Assembly: GCA_026396115.1 (NCBI GenBank)
Contig: JAPLXL010000004.1
Location: forward strand, 19,805-83,804
Direction: 5' to 3'
DNA length: 64,000 nucleotides
Origin: Candidatus Nealsonbacteria bacterium
GTDB lineage: Bacteria > Patescibacteriota > Minisyncoccia > Minisyncoccales > RBG-13-42-11
Of the stretch, positions 1-10,068 are shown in pieces. A program made the translations under genes and the position numbers. The stretch's first letter is position 1, and each line of letters starts with the position of its first letter. The notes under the pieces are model-generated. The model was given only the letters and a program-made list of their open reading frames with translations. It did not search any database and was not told where the DNA came from.

Positions 1-42
1 TTTGTTTTCTTCTCCACCCTCGCTTCCTTCGGAAGCTCGGTA
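1..42 (+). repeat. GCPE repeat, full form (5' part cut by window edge)
   Basis: TTCTCCACCCTC-GCTTCC-ttc-GGAAGC-TCGGTA; ends 2 nt before ATG at 44 (CTCGGTATATG). Confidence 0.8.
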
Positions 43-43
43 T

Positions 44-1735
44 ATGATTTCTAAAATATTAAAATCAATACTTCGGCATAAATTGTTAACGGGAATAATC
101 CTTTTACTGGTTATCGGGAGCATCTATTTTGGTTATCAAAAATTAGCCGGAGAGAAAAATGGGGTGCAATATGTTACGGCAGCTGTTGAAAAGGGTACGC
201 TTATTGTTTCTGTGTCGGGAAGCGGCCAGGTGTCGGTTTCTGACCAAATAGATATCAAGCCAAAGGTTTCAGGAGATGTAGTTTATGTCGGCGTAGAGAC
301 CAATCAAGAAGTAAGGCAGGGTACGCTTATTACCCAACTTGATACAAGAGACGCTGAAAAAGTGGTTCAGGATGCAGAAATTAATTTAGCAAGCGCCAGG
401 ACCGCGCTTGAAAACCTTAAAAATACCAAAAGAAAAGCAGAAGAATCGCTTACTGCAGCTTATAATGATGGATTAAATATCTTAACAAACACTTTTGAAG
501 ATTTGTCTCCGAGAATATCTGATCTGGAAAAAATGTTTACAGAGAGCAGTTATGATGGCGATGAAAATGACATTGATTATTATATACGTTTAGTGCGTGC
601 GTATAGCAAGGACTCCGAACAATTATTATCTTATTGGGATAACGGCACCGAAAAAAAATATCTTGCTGCAAAAAGCCAATTTGATAGGCTTAGATCAGAT
701 TACTTTATGCTTACTCTTAATTCTCCTCCCAAGCAAATTGAAACTATATTAAATCAAACCTATGATTTTACTCAAGTACTTTTGGATTTAGTTCGGCAGG
801 GTTATAACCTTGCGCAGAAATATCAGACAATTATTGAAACAGAAAATATAATTCCGCCCATTTCCGCAGAAACAACTAATAATCATGCCTCTCAATTGAG
901 TGAATTTACTTCTTTGCTTATTAGCCGCGTAAATTCTCTTTCGTCAGCCGAACAATCTCTTAAGGACAAAAAAGAGGCGGTGGAAAAAGCAGATTCTGAT
1001 ATTGAAGACCAAATTTATGTTATAGAACAGCGTGAAGATGCGCTATTTGATGCTGAAGAGAAATTAGCCCAACATTATATTTACGCCCCTTTTGGCGGCC
1101 TGATTGCCAAAGTAAATGTCAAAAAGGGAGATGCCGTTTCGTCCGGCACAACGCTGGCAACTTTTATTACTAAACAAAAAATAGCTGAGATTTCTCTTAA
1201 TGAGGTTGATGTGGCTAAAGTAAAAGTTGGCCAAAAAACAACCCTTACCTTCGACGCTTTTCCGGATGTAACTATTTCTGGTCGGGTTTTTGAGGTTGAC
1301 ACCTTGGGAACAGTAACTCAGGGGGTGGTAAGTTATGGAGTTAAAATTGCTTTTGATACTGAAGAGGAAAAAGTTAAGCCCGGTATGAGCGTGACAGCAG
1401 ATATTATTACTGATGCCAAACAGGATGTTTTAGTTTTGCCAAATAGCGCAATTAAGTCTCAAGGGGATTCTTATTATGTTGAATTAGTTGAAGTTCCAGA
1501 AGAAATGAAACAACAATTATTAGTTAATAAGACGGGGACAACTTTACCAAACCCGCCAAAATTGCAAGCCGTGGAAACAGGGCTTTCGAACGACCTTTCT
1601 ACTGAAATTGTCTCAGGTCTCAAAGAAGGTGATATCGTCGTTACTTCAACAATTAGTCCGAATAAGGTTCAAACTACTCAAACCCAGACTAATCAAAGTC
1701 GGGGAACTCAAGAATTTCAAATACCAGGATTATGA
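44..1735 (+). CDS. Efflux-system periplasmic adaptor (HlyD/MacA-type membrane fusion protein)
   Basis: ORF 2..1735 trimmed to first ATG after the repeat; N-terminal TM helix, long coiled-coil middle, beta-rich C-terminus; followed by MacB-like ATPase and permease. Confidence 0.8.
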   Translation: MISKILKSILRHKLLTGIILLLVIGSIYFGYQKLAGEKNGVQYVTAAVEKGTLIVSVSGSGQVSVSDQIDIKPKVSGDVVYVGVETNQEVRQGTLITQLDTRDAEKVVQDAEINLASARTALENLKNTKRKAEESLTAAYNDGLNILTNTFEDLSPRISDLEKMFTESSYDGDENDIDYYIRLVRAYSKDSEQLLSYWDNGTEKKYLAAKSQFDRLRSDYFMLTLNSPPKQIETILNQTYDFTQVLLDLVRQGYNLAQKYQTIIETENIIPPISAETTNNHASQLSEFTSLLISRVNSLSSAEQSLKDKKEAVEKADSDIEDQIYVIEQREDALFDAEEKLAQHYIYAPFGGLIAKVNVKKGDAVSSGTTLATFITKQKIAEISLNEVDVAKVKVGQKTTLTFDAFPDVTISGRVFEVDTLGTVTQGVVSYGVKIAFDTEEEKVKPGMSVTADIITDAKQDVLVLPNSAIKSQGDSYYVELVEVPEEMKQQLLVNKTGTTLPNPPKLQAVETGLSNDLSTEIVSGLKEGDIVVTSTISPNKVQTTQTQTNQSRGTQEFQIPGL

Positions 1736-2442
1736 TAGAAGCTAAGAACATTACCAAAGTTTATAGGTCGGGCGATGTTGAAACCAAAGTGTTAAAAGGC
1801 ATTTCTTTTTCTATTAAAGAAGGTGAATTTGTGGCAATTATAGGACCTTCCGGTTCAGGCAAATCAACTTTAATGCATATTTTAGGTTGCTTAGATGTTC
1901 CAACCAGCGGTCAATATTTTTTTGAAGGAAAAGACGTTTCTCAGCTTTCTGACGATGAATTGGCCGATATCCGTAAAGAGAAAATTGGCTTTGTTTTTCA
2001 GTCTTTTAACCTTTTACCCAGGACTACGGTTTTACGAAACGTGGTGTTGCCTTTAGCTTATGCTAATATCCCAAAAAGCGAACGAGAAGAAATTGCTAAG
2101 AGAGCTTTATTAAGTGCCGGTTTGGATGAAAAAACATTTTATCATCTTTCTAATCAGCTTTCGGGAGGGGAGATGCAGAGAGTGGCTATTGCCAGAGCTT
2201 TGGTGAACAATCCAACTATTATCTTGGCTGATGAACCAACCGGAAATCTTGATAGTAAAACCGGTGAAATTGTGCTTGAGACCTTCAAAAACTTAAACAA
2301 GCAGGGTCGAACAGTTATTTTGATTACTCACGAAAAATATATTGCTGAAAAAGCTGAACGAACAATTTTCCTCAAAGATGGAGAGATTATCGAGGACGTC
2401 GTCAATCATCGTTCTAAAACGGTTCAACAAATTAAAGAATAA
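1732..2442 (+). CDS. ABC transporter ATP-binding protein (MacB/LolD type)
   Basis: Walker [10 protein letters not shown], signature LSGGEMQR, Walker [12 protein letters not shown]; 4-nt overlap with adaptor gene. Confidence 0.92.
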   Translation: MIEAKNITKVYRSGDVETKVLKGISFSIKEGEFVAIIGPSGSGKSTLMHILGCLDVPTSGQYFFEGKDVSQLSDDELADIRKEKIGFVFQSFNLLPRTTVLRNVVLPLAYANIPKSEREEIAKRALLSAGLDEKTFYHLSNQLSGGEMQRVAIARALVNNPTIILADEPTGNLDSKTGEIVLETFKNLNKQGRTVILITHEKYIAEKAERTIFLKDGEIIEDVVNHRSKTVQQIKE

Positions 2443-2443
2443 A

Positions 2444-3664
2444 ATGCTTATTACTGACTTATTTGAAGAAACATATTTTGCTATTTCTGCCAATAAAACC
2501 AGGTCGGGCCTGACTATTTTGGGCATTGTCATTGGCATTGGTTCGGTTATCGCAATGATTTCAATTGGCCAGGGGTCAACCGCCTCAATTGAAACAAGTA
2601 TTCAATCAATGGGCTCAAATTTAATTACAGTGAGACCAGGATCTCAGAGAAGTTTTTCTCCGGTTTCAAGCGGAAGAGGCAGTGCTCAAACTCTGACCAT
2701 TGAAGATGCGGAAGCCATAGCCAAAGAGGTTTCATTTGTTCAGGCGGTAGCTCCGGAACTTTCCCAACGTTATCAGATTGTTGCTAAGGGGAAAAATACC
2801 AACACCCAGATTGTCGGCACAACCGCTTCATACCTTAGCGTTAAAAATATCGAAATGGACCAGAGTTCGTTTATTTCTGAACAAAACGTTATTTCGCAGT
2901 CAAAAGTGGCAATATTGGGCGCGACCACGCGCGATGATTTATTCGGTGAAGGAACAAATCCCATAGGACAGACGATAAGAATTAACGGAATAAACTTTAA
3001 AGTCATTGGTGTAACTAAATCTAAAGGCGGCACTGGTTTTGGCAGCCAAGACGATATGATATTCATTCCCATAAGTACCTGCCAGAAAATTTTAGCCGGA
3101 GCTGATTATGTTTCAACAATTAACGTCCAGGCCAACAGCCCACAAGTTATGACTCAGGTTCAGACCGATATCACCACTCTTTTAATGAGATTGCACAATA
3201 TTTCAGACCCTCAACTGGCTGATTTCAGCGTCTTAAGCCAGGAAGATATTCTTGCGTCTGTTTCTTCAATAACCGAAACAATGACTATTTTATTGGCATC
3301 AATTGCCGGAATCTCTCTGGTTGTGGGCGGTATTGGCATTATGAATATGATGATGACTACTGTCACCGAAAGAACCCGAGAAATCGGTCTTCGCAAAGCT
3401 ATTGGCGCCAAAAGATTGGACATAAATTTGCAGTTTTTAGCTGAAGCAGTAATGCTGACTTTTCTTGGCGGAATTGTCGGAATAATTCTGGGGATCGGAC
3501 TGGCTTATGGAATAACACTTTTTACCAGTACGGCGACTAAAATTTCTTTATTTTCAATTATTTTAGCTTTTAGCGTATCTGCTGTCATCGGGATTGGTTT
3601 TGGTTACTGGCCTGCTCAAAAAGCAGCCAAACTTAACCCCATTGAAGCGTTGCGGTATGAATAG
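2444..3664 (+). CDS. ABC transporter permease, MacB/FtsX family
   Basis: ATG at 2444 directly after the ATPase stop (in frame with ORF 2342..3664); N-terminal TM, large extracytoplasmic domain, C-terminal FtsX-type TM bundle. Confidence 0.85.
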   Translation: MLITDLFEETYFAISANKTRSGLTILGIVIGIGSVIAMISIGQGSTASIETSIQSMGSNLITVRPGSQRSFSPVSSGRGSAQTLTIEDAEAIAKEVSFVQAVAPELSQRYQIVAKGKNTNTQIVGTTASYLSVKNIEMDQSSFISEQNVISQSKVAILGATTRDDLFGEGTNPIGQTIRINGINFKVIGVTKSKGGTGFGSQDDMIFIPISTCQKILAGADYVSTINVQANSPQVMTQVQTDITTLLMRLHNISDPQLADFSVLSQEDILASVSSITETMTILLASIAGISLVVGGIGIMNMMMTTVTERTREIGLRKAIGAKRLDINLQFLAEAVMLTFLGGIVGIILGIGLAYGITLFTSTATKISLFSIILAFSVSAVIGIGFGYWPAQKAAKLNPIEALRYE

Positions 3665-3666
3665 TA

Positions 3667-3723
3667 GGCGAAGAGGAATTCGTCCTCTTCTTCACCTTCG
3701 TTTTTATAAATAAAAACTCGGTA
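3667..3723 (+). repeat. GCPE repeat, full two-hairpin form
   Basis: GGCGAAGAGGAattcgTCCTCTTCTTCACCTTC-GTTTTTataaatAAAAAC-TCGGTA; ends 1 nt before ATG 3725 (CTCGGTATATG). Confidence 0.9.
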
Positions 3724-3724
3724 T

Positions 3725-4141
3725 ATGAAAAAAATAATTCCAATTATTGTCATACTCATTTTAGTGGTCGGAGGTGGCGCATTCTATGGTGGAATGAAAT
3801 ATGGGCAGAGTAAAGGTCCTTCCCGTCAAGCCCCCCAAAATTTATCTCCAGAACAACGCCAACAATTTTTGCAAGGAGGAACTCAAAGAGCTGGAGCAGG
3901 TTTTCTTTCTGGTGAAGTTATTGCCAAAGATGAGCAGAGTTTAACCCTTAAAATGCCAGATGGTGGCTCAAAGATTGTCTTTTTTTCAGATTCTACCCAA
4001 ATATCCAAAACAACCGAGGGATCAATAGGTGATATTGAAGTTGGTAAGCAAATTATGGTTTCGGGTAGTCAAAACTCTGACGGGAGCTATACTGCAAAAA
4101 CAATTCAGCTTTCTCCTCGTGTTATCCAACCCGAGAAATAG
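3725..4141 (+). CDS. Hypothetical membrane-anchored/secreted protein
   Basis: 138-aa ORF with N-terminal hydrophobic helix (IIPIIVILILVVGGGAFYGG), Gln/Gly-rich linker, beta-rich C-terminal domain. Confidence 0.6.
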   Translation: MKKIIPIIVILILVVGGGAFYGGMKYGQSKGPSRQAPQNLSPEQRQQFLQGGTQRAGAGFLSGEVIAKDEQSLTLKMPDGGSKIVFFSDSTQISKTTEGSIGDIEVGKQIMVSGSQNSDGSYTAKTIQLSPRVIQPEK

Positions 4142-4340
4142 TAGCGGGGGCATATCCGAAATATCATTAGAGCATAGCTGGTTGTAATAATTTTTTTATT
4201 TGTACTAAAATTAACTCGAGACATTTTATTGAATCTATTCCTTCTATAGTTCGAAAATCGTTTCATTTAAAGATTAGTCTATGGTAGATATTACAAGAAA
4301 GATTAATTCACTAAAAAAACAAAAACATAAAAATATTTAT

Positions 4341-5351
4341 ATGAAAAAATACCTTTTTTACTTTGTAGTTTTTATTTTAGGAATTGGGCTGGGTTTTTTG
4401 ATAAACAAAACACAAAAATTGCAAAAGTCTGACTTATTGCTAGATAAAAACAAATTAATCGCAGACATGAGTGAAATTAGGGAAGGTGGATACAAGTTTA
4501 TTAATCCTCTCCTTGAATGCGAATTTGAAGAAGGGATAATTGGAAAAGAATTCATCCCCTTTAAACCCATGGTTCAAGAATACATTGACAAAAAAATCGC
4601 CCAAGGGAAAATTTCTTACGCATCGGTTTACTTTCGTGATTTGAATAATGGACCCTGGTTTGGTATTAATGAAAAAGAAAAATTCATCCCTGCAAGTCTA
4701 CTTAAGGTACCGGTAATGATGGCCCATTATAAATTTGCCGAGTTAGATCCTCAACATTTATCAAAGAAAGTTTTTTTTAATAAAAAATATGAGTTCCCGG
4801 AAAAAGTACAAACAATTGTTCCTAGTAAAGAAATAGAAGTTGGTAAGGAATACACTATCGAAGAGTTAATCGAACGAAGCATTATCTATTCCGATAATCA
4901 AGCCACTGTTCTTCTTCAGGAACAAATTGACAATAGTTTCATTCTTGATGTATATACACGCCTTGGCGTTAGTACCGACGTATTTCAGTCGGGTGGCACA
5001 TTAACAGTAAAAGAATACGCTACATTTTTTCGGATTCTTTTTAATGCTTCTTATTTAAATCAAACATTTTCAGAAAAAGCGCTTGAATTACTCAGCCAAA
5101 GCGAGTTTACAGATGGTCTAGCAGCAGGCGTACCAGTTGGTACTATTGTTTCTCATAAATTTGGAGAAAGCGGTTCTATTAAAATGTATAGACAAATTCA
5201 TGACTGTGGCATTATATACTACGCTAACCACCCATATCTTCTCTGTATTATGACTAGAGGCGAAGACTTAGGCGAACTTATAAAATCCATTCAAGAGACT
5301 TCTCGTCTTGTCTGGGAAGAAATCAACAAACAAATTTTATCTATGAGATAA
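4341..5351 (+). CDS. Class A beta-lactamase-like serine hydrolase (membrane anchored)
   Basis: S-x-x-K (SLLK), SDN (YSDN) and K/H-x-G-like (HKFGE) motifs in order; start moved to ATG 4341 (MKKYLFYFVVF.. TM). Confidence 0.6.
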   Translation: MKKYLFYFVVFILGIGLGFLINKTQKLQKSDLLLDKNKLIADMSEIREGGYKFINPLLECEFEEGIIGKEFIPFKPMVQEYIDKKIAQGKISYASVYFRDLNNGPWFGINEKEKFIPASLLKVPVMMAHYKFAELDPQHLSKKVFFNKKYEFPEKVQTIVPSKEIEVGKEYTIEELIERSIIYSDNQATVLLQEQIDNSFILDVYTRLGVSTDVFQSGGTLTVKEYATFFRILFNASYLNQTFSEKALELLSQSEFTDGLAAGVPVGTIVSHKFGESGSIKMYRQIHDCGIIYYANHPYLLCIMTRGEDLGELIKSIQETSRLVWEEINKQILSMR

Positions 5352-5649
5352 ATGTTTGGATTTCTTTCAATAAAAAGCCCATCACTGGGCAAATTTTGTT
5401 TATCACAAAAAGGCGATTTTTTGCCTGTTTGATAGTATCTAAAACTCGATACTCGAATGTCGAGTAAATGTCGAGTTTGAATTCCTTCTTAATAGAGAAT
5501 TTTCAACCTTTTTTACCCATTTTTGAATATAAAATAGAGCGAGGTCGCAAACCAAAGCGAGCGACCGAGCCCCCAAAAGAGAGAATAGAAACAACAATGA
5601 AATTGTATATAGTCGGGGGTCAGGTTTTAGTGATTTAAATTCATTTTCT

Positions 5650-5677
5650 TTGACTTATGAATTAAATTTGGTAAAAT
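5650..5677 (+). promoter_or_regulatory. Candidate sigma70-type promoter for tRNA-Ala
   Basis: TTGACT (5650-5655) - 16 nt - TAAAAT (5672-5677), about 40 nt upstream of the tRNA. Confidence 0.5.
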
Positions 5678-5718
5678 GATAGAGAAAGTTTGAGAGTAGT
5701 TAACTTTAAGCACCACAT

Positions 5719-5790
5719 GGGCCCGTAGTTCAGTGGCAGAACACCCGGTTTGCATCCGGGAGATCGCCGGTTCAAGTCCGGCCGGGTCCA
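5719..5790 (+). tRNA. tRNA-Ala (anticodon UGC)
   Basis: Hand-folded cloverleaf, 72 nt: acceptor GGGCCCG/CGGGTCC with G3:U70, anticodon loop TTTGCAT, T-loop GCCGGTTCAAGTCCGGC; CCA not encoded. Confidence 0.9.
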
Positions 5791-5898
5791 CCTCTAAAAA
5801 GTTTTCCACAGGGAAGCTTTTTTGTTTTTCTTGTAATGGTATAATATTTTAATATCTAAAAAGGTCGAACAAACCTTAAAATTTAAAAAATTAAAAAT

Positions 5899-6576
5899 AT
5901 GATTTTAGATTGGGCAGATGTTACCATACTAGCTTTTCAAAATCTTTGGCAGGGATTTTTAAATTTTATTCCGGTTTTGATCGGGGCAATTATTGTCTTT
6001 GTCATTGGTTGGTTTATTTCCGTCGGAGTAGGCAAGTTAATTACCGAAATTTTAAAGAAAGCAAAATTTAATCAAATTTTTGAAAAAGGAGGATGGAAGA
6101 CGGCTCTGGCAAAAGCAGAAATTAAAGTTGATGCTTCGGGCTTTATTGGAGCTATTGTTAAATGGATTTTGGTTATTGTTTTTCTTTTGGCAGCAGTAGA
6201 AATTTTGGGCTTACCCCAGTTTGCTGATTTTTTAAAGGGTGTTTTGGGTTATCTTCCTAATGTTGTTGTAGCTTCCTTAATTTTTGTGGTGACGGTAATT
6301 GTGGTTGATATTGTTGAAAAACTGGTCAGAGCCTCAGTTGAAGGAATTAAGGTGGGATACGGTCAAGTGGTTAGCGCCATAGTAAGATGGTCAATCTGGA
6401 TTTTTGCTATTTTGGCTATTTTACATCAGTTAGGAATTGCCAGGCCATTTATGGAAATTTTGTTTACGGGTTTGGTAGCAATGCTGGTGATTTCTTTAGG
6501 AATTGCTTTTGGTTTGGGCGGAAAAGATGTGGCGGCTGAAATTTTACAGGATTTAAAAAGAAATCTGAAAGAATAA
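5899..6576 (+). CDS. Multi-pass membrane protein, mechanosensitive-channel-like conserved-TM-helix family
   Basis: 225 aa, repeated hydrophobic helices with short amphipathic connectors; family assignment from recall only. Confidence 0.55.
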   Translation: MILDWADVTILAFQNLWQGFLNFIPVLIGAIIVFVIGWFISVGVGKLITEILKKAKFNQIFEKGGWKTALAKAEIKVDASGFIGAIVKWILVIVFLLAAVEILGLPQFADFLKGVLGYLPNVVVASLIFVVTVIVVDIVEKLVRASVEGIKVGYGQVVSAIVRWSIWIFAILAILHQLGIARPFMEILFTGLVAMLVISLGIAFGLGGKDVAAEILQDLKRNLKE

Positions 6577-6622
6577 ATTTAATAATACTGTTTTTAAGTT
6601 CAAGATCCATACGGTGGGGGGC

Positions 6623-6650
6623 TTGACATAGTTTTTTATTTTGTTAAAAT
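6623..6650 (+). promoter_or_regulatory. Candidate sigma70-type promoter for the 23S-5S unit
   Basis: TTGACA (6623-6628) - 16 nt - TAAAAT (6645-6650), about 245 nt upstream of 23S; same architecture as the tRNA-Ala promoter. Confidence 0.5.
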
Positions 6651-6732
6651 TGATTTTAGATATGAGAAAAGTTAGAACAATTTTCGATAAAGGAAGCGGT
6701 TAATAATTCTGGGCATTTTTATGTCTTAGAAG

Positions 6733-6750
6733 TCGCTTCCTTGGAAGCGA
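6733..6750. repeat. GCPE SL2-like hairpin only (in 23S leader)
   Basis: TCGCTTCC-tt-GGAAGCGA followed by TTTTT; same arms as the common SL2. Confidence 0.4.
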
Positions 6751-7411
6751 TTTTTGATTGAAAAGATTGTTTCGGAAAGTTCGTTAAAAATTGAATAATT
6801 AAAACCGTAGAAGTAGAAAATATATATACCCATATTTTGTGGTTATTAATTACTAGCTCAGTGCAAGCCGGATTAATTTTTGGCTTGACTGGGCAATCAA
6901 AAAATTTTACAGGCGGATGGTGGATGCCTTGGAAGATTGAGGCGATGAAGGACGTGGCGTGTCTGCGATAAGCCTCGGGGAGGTGGTTAGCAACCTTTGA
7001 TCCGGGGATTTCCGAATGGGGAAACCCAACGCGAATCAACAACGCGTTACCGCGCTGCGAAACAGCGTGGAGCAAACCTGGGGAAGTGAAACATCTCAGT
7101 ACCCAGAGGAAAAGAAAACGAAGTTTAATTCCCTTAGTAGCGGCGAGCGAAAAGGGAAGAGCCCAAACCTGCCAGTGCTTTGCACTCGTAGGGGTTGTAA
7201 GTTGGATATGTCCCAGAGCAATCTGGGCAGAGCTTTATAAAAATGTGATTTGGCTAGACGAAGGTTCCTGGAAAGGACAGCCAAAGAGAGTAATAGCCTC
7301 GTAGTCGAAAGTCATCACATGCTCTGAGTATCTATACTTGAGTATCCCGAGAAATGATAACCTTGGGAGAAACAAGCCGGACTAACCGGCTAAGGCTAAA
7401 TACTCAATCTT

Positions 7412-7452
<41 letters not shown>

Positions 7453-9576
7453 GGGAGGTGATCCCGGTGAAATAGAACCTGAAACCATCTCGCTTACAAA
7501 GAGTCAGAGCCGAGCACATAATTTATTATGTGCTTCGGTGATGGCGTGCTTTTTGTAGAACGAGCCAACGAGTCCTCGCTCTTTCTTTGTCTAAGCGGTT
7601 TTGCCGCGAAGGCAAAGGGAAACCAAGTCTTAATAGGGCGTCTCTCGGTTTTTCCGAGAAGAGAAAGAGCAAGGGACCCGAAGCCAAGCGAGCTTGCCAT
7701 GGCCAGGGTGAATTCCGCAGAAATGCGGGAGGAGGCCCGAACCCGTGAGCCGTTCAACACTCTGGGATGAGCTGTGGTAAGAAGTGAAAAGCTAATCGAG
7801 CTTGGTAATAGCTGGTTCTCCCCGAAATAGCTTTAGGGCTAGCCCGAGCAATTACCTACAGGGGTAGAGCACTGAATGGAATATCGTGGGTTTTACCTAG
7901 GTAATCCAATCAAACTCCGAATACTGTAGGTCAGAGCATATATTTTATGTGCTTTGATATATGCTCGGAGTTAGACTGTGGGGGCTAAGCTCCATGGTCA
8001 AAAGGGAAACAGCCCAGATCTTCATCTAAGGTCCCTAAACTAAGCTAAGTGTTTTGAAGGAAGTGAGACACCTGAGATAGTTAGGAGGTTAGCTTAGAAG
8101 CAGCTATCCTTTAAAAAGTGCGTAATAGCTTACTAACTAAGGAGTTTCGCGCCGAAGATTTATCGGGGCTAAGCTTAGTACCGAAGATAAGGGAACGTAC
8201 AATTTGCTTTGCAAATGTTACGTTCGGTAGGGGAGCGTTCTCTTCGCAGCGAAGTTAAACCGTGAGGTTTGATGGAGCGGAGAGAAGTGAGAATGTTGGC
8301 ATGAGTAACCGCAATGCCGCTGAGATAGCGGCACACCGAAAACCCAAGGTTTCCTTGGCAATGACAATCAGCCAAGGGTTAGGCGGTCCTTAGTCCAAAA
8401 CCGAAAGGTCAGGATGATGGACAGCCGGTTAATATTCCGGCCCCCGAGCACATAATCCAAAGAGGGGACGAAGTCTAGTAGTTTGGGCGAGTTATCGGAT
8501 TCTCGTTGTTAACCTAAGAATTTTCAAGGGTTAGCAAAATGCTTTGATTCTTCAAGGCAAATTCAAATAAGCAGGCTTCCCAGAAAAGCCTCAAAGGAAT
8601 TTAATTATGTGCTTGGTCCGTACCGCAAAACCGACACAGGTGGGTTGGTGTAAATGCACCAAGGTGAACGGGTGAAACCTCGTTAAGGAACTCGGCAAAA
8701 AAGTGGTCGTAAGTTCGCAATAAGACTTCTGAGCATATAAGTTTTATGTGCTCGGCGCAGCGAAAGTACCCCTGGCGACTGTTTACCAAAAACACAGGTC
8801 CCTGCTTAATTCGTAAGAAGATGTATAGGGGCTGAGGCCTGACCAGTGCTGGAACGTTAACGTCGCCGGTCTCATCGCAAGGTGAGGCTGAGTGACCGAA
8901 GCGCCAGTGAACGTCGGCGGTAACTATAACCGTCTTAAAGTACCGTAATCCCTTGCCAGGTAAGTTCTGGCCCGCAGGAAAGGTTTAACGACTGGGGGAC
9001 TGTCTCAACGAGGAGCCCGGTGAAAACGCAATACCGGTAAAGATGCCGGTTACCTACGGCTAGACGGAAAGACCCCGGGAGCTTTACTGTAGTTAAATAT
9101 TGAATTTTGGTTTTGAATGCGTAGCGTAGCGGGTAGGCTTTGAAGTGTCGTTTTCGGACGGCATGGAGCCGCCAATGAAACACCCGTCTTTTAAAATCTT
9201 TATTCTAACTCTGCTAAAAGCGGAAAACAGTGTTTAATGGGCAGTTTAAGTGGGGCGCTTGCCTCCTAAAAGGTAACGGAGGCGTTTATTAAGGTCGGCT
9301 AGGCACGGATGGAAATCGTGCTCGTCGTGTAAAGGCACAAGCCGGCTTGACTGCAAGAGGGATAACTCACGCAGGCACGAAAGTGGAACTTAGTGAACCG
9401 ACGGATTTTTGTAGAAAATCCGAAGATCATCAACTAAAAGCTACCCCGGGGATAACAGGCTAGTAGGGCCCGCGAGTTCATATCAACGGCCCTGTTCGGC
9501 ACCTTAACATATCGGGGTGCTATAGTAGTAATGCTATATCTCGCTTAAGGCGGGACGAAAAAACTGACTTATAACG

Positions 9577-9774
9577 GTGAAATCCATATGTTATAATATA
9601 TATATGGACAATACCGTGGGAAGTTTAACTCAATTTCAAAAATCGATAATCATAGGATCAATTTTAGGAGATGGGTATTTAAGAATTATTTCTGGCAGAA
9701 ATAATGCCTTTTTAGAAATAAATATTAATCCGGTGATTTTATCGATTTGGTTTATGGATGACGGAAGCAAATAA
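9577..9774 (+). pseudogene. Decayed LAGLIDADG homing endonuclease ORF inside intron 1
   Basis: 65-aa ORF keeps IIGSILGDGYL and WFMDDGSK motifs, but the sequence between them and the C-terminal half are missing. Confidence 0.7.
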
Positions 9775-9869
9775 TGAAATATAAATTGGGTTATAACCCC
9801 GTAGAGACTTGCTCAAAATGAGCAGATGAAAATAAAATTTTCATAATACGTCAGCCCCACCAAGGTTAG

Positions 9870-9924
9870 CTCGAAGAAGCTACGCTTCTTCTCGACCTTC
9901 GCTTTTGCTTCGCAAAAGCTCGGT
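9870..9924 (+). repeat. GCPE repeat, full form, inside intron 1 (P8-equivalent hairpin)
   Basis: CTCGAAGAAGCtacGCTTCTTCTCGACCTTC-GCTTTTGCttcGCAAAAGC-TCGGT between AATACGTC and GATATAGTCC; intron 2 has a plain hairpin here. Confidence 0.85.
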
Positions 9925-10068
9925 GGGTGAAGATATAGTCCGATCCTCCTTGTAAAAGGAGAAAAATACCGACAGCGATGTCGGCTCATCTCATCCTGGG
10001 GGTGAAGCAGCTCCCAAGGGTTTGGCTGTTCGCCAATTAAAGAGGTACGTGAGCTGGGTTCAAACCGT

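Larger units (their letters stand above)
9505..9975 (+). mobile_element. Group I intron 1 in 23S (approx. E. coli position 2500)
   Basis: Splits the normally contiguous GGCACCU|CGAUGUCGGCUC; 5' exon ends in U, insert ends in G; contains CCGTAGAGACTT and AAGATATAGTCC core strands. Confidence 0.85.

Noticed and set aside
2-43. N-terminal extensions of track ORFs that run through repeats (2..43; 11448..11585; 44984..45079; 46831..46845)
   Set aside because: The extra residues ([25 protein letters not shown].., SSSPTEASTEVEKK..) are stop-free read-through of GCPE copies. A canonical ATG with a family-typical N-terminus follows each copy.
5521-5580. GAGCGAGGTCGCAAACCAAAGCGAGCGACCGAGCCCCC as another GCPE copy
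   Set aside because: It shares only GACCGAGCCCC with the copy at 10707 and lacks recognisable SL1 and linker; too degenerate to call.
5627-5809. Track ORFs 5627..5809 (-) and 31496..31756 (-)
   Set aside because: They overlap tRNA-Ala and tRNA-Lys respectively; the tRNA folds explain the sequence.
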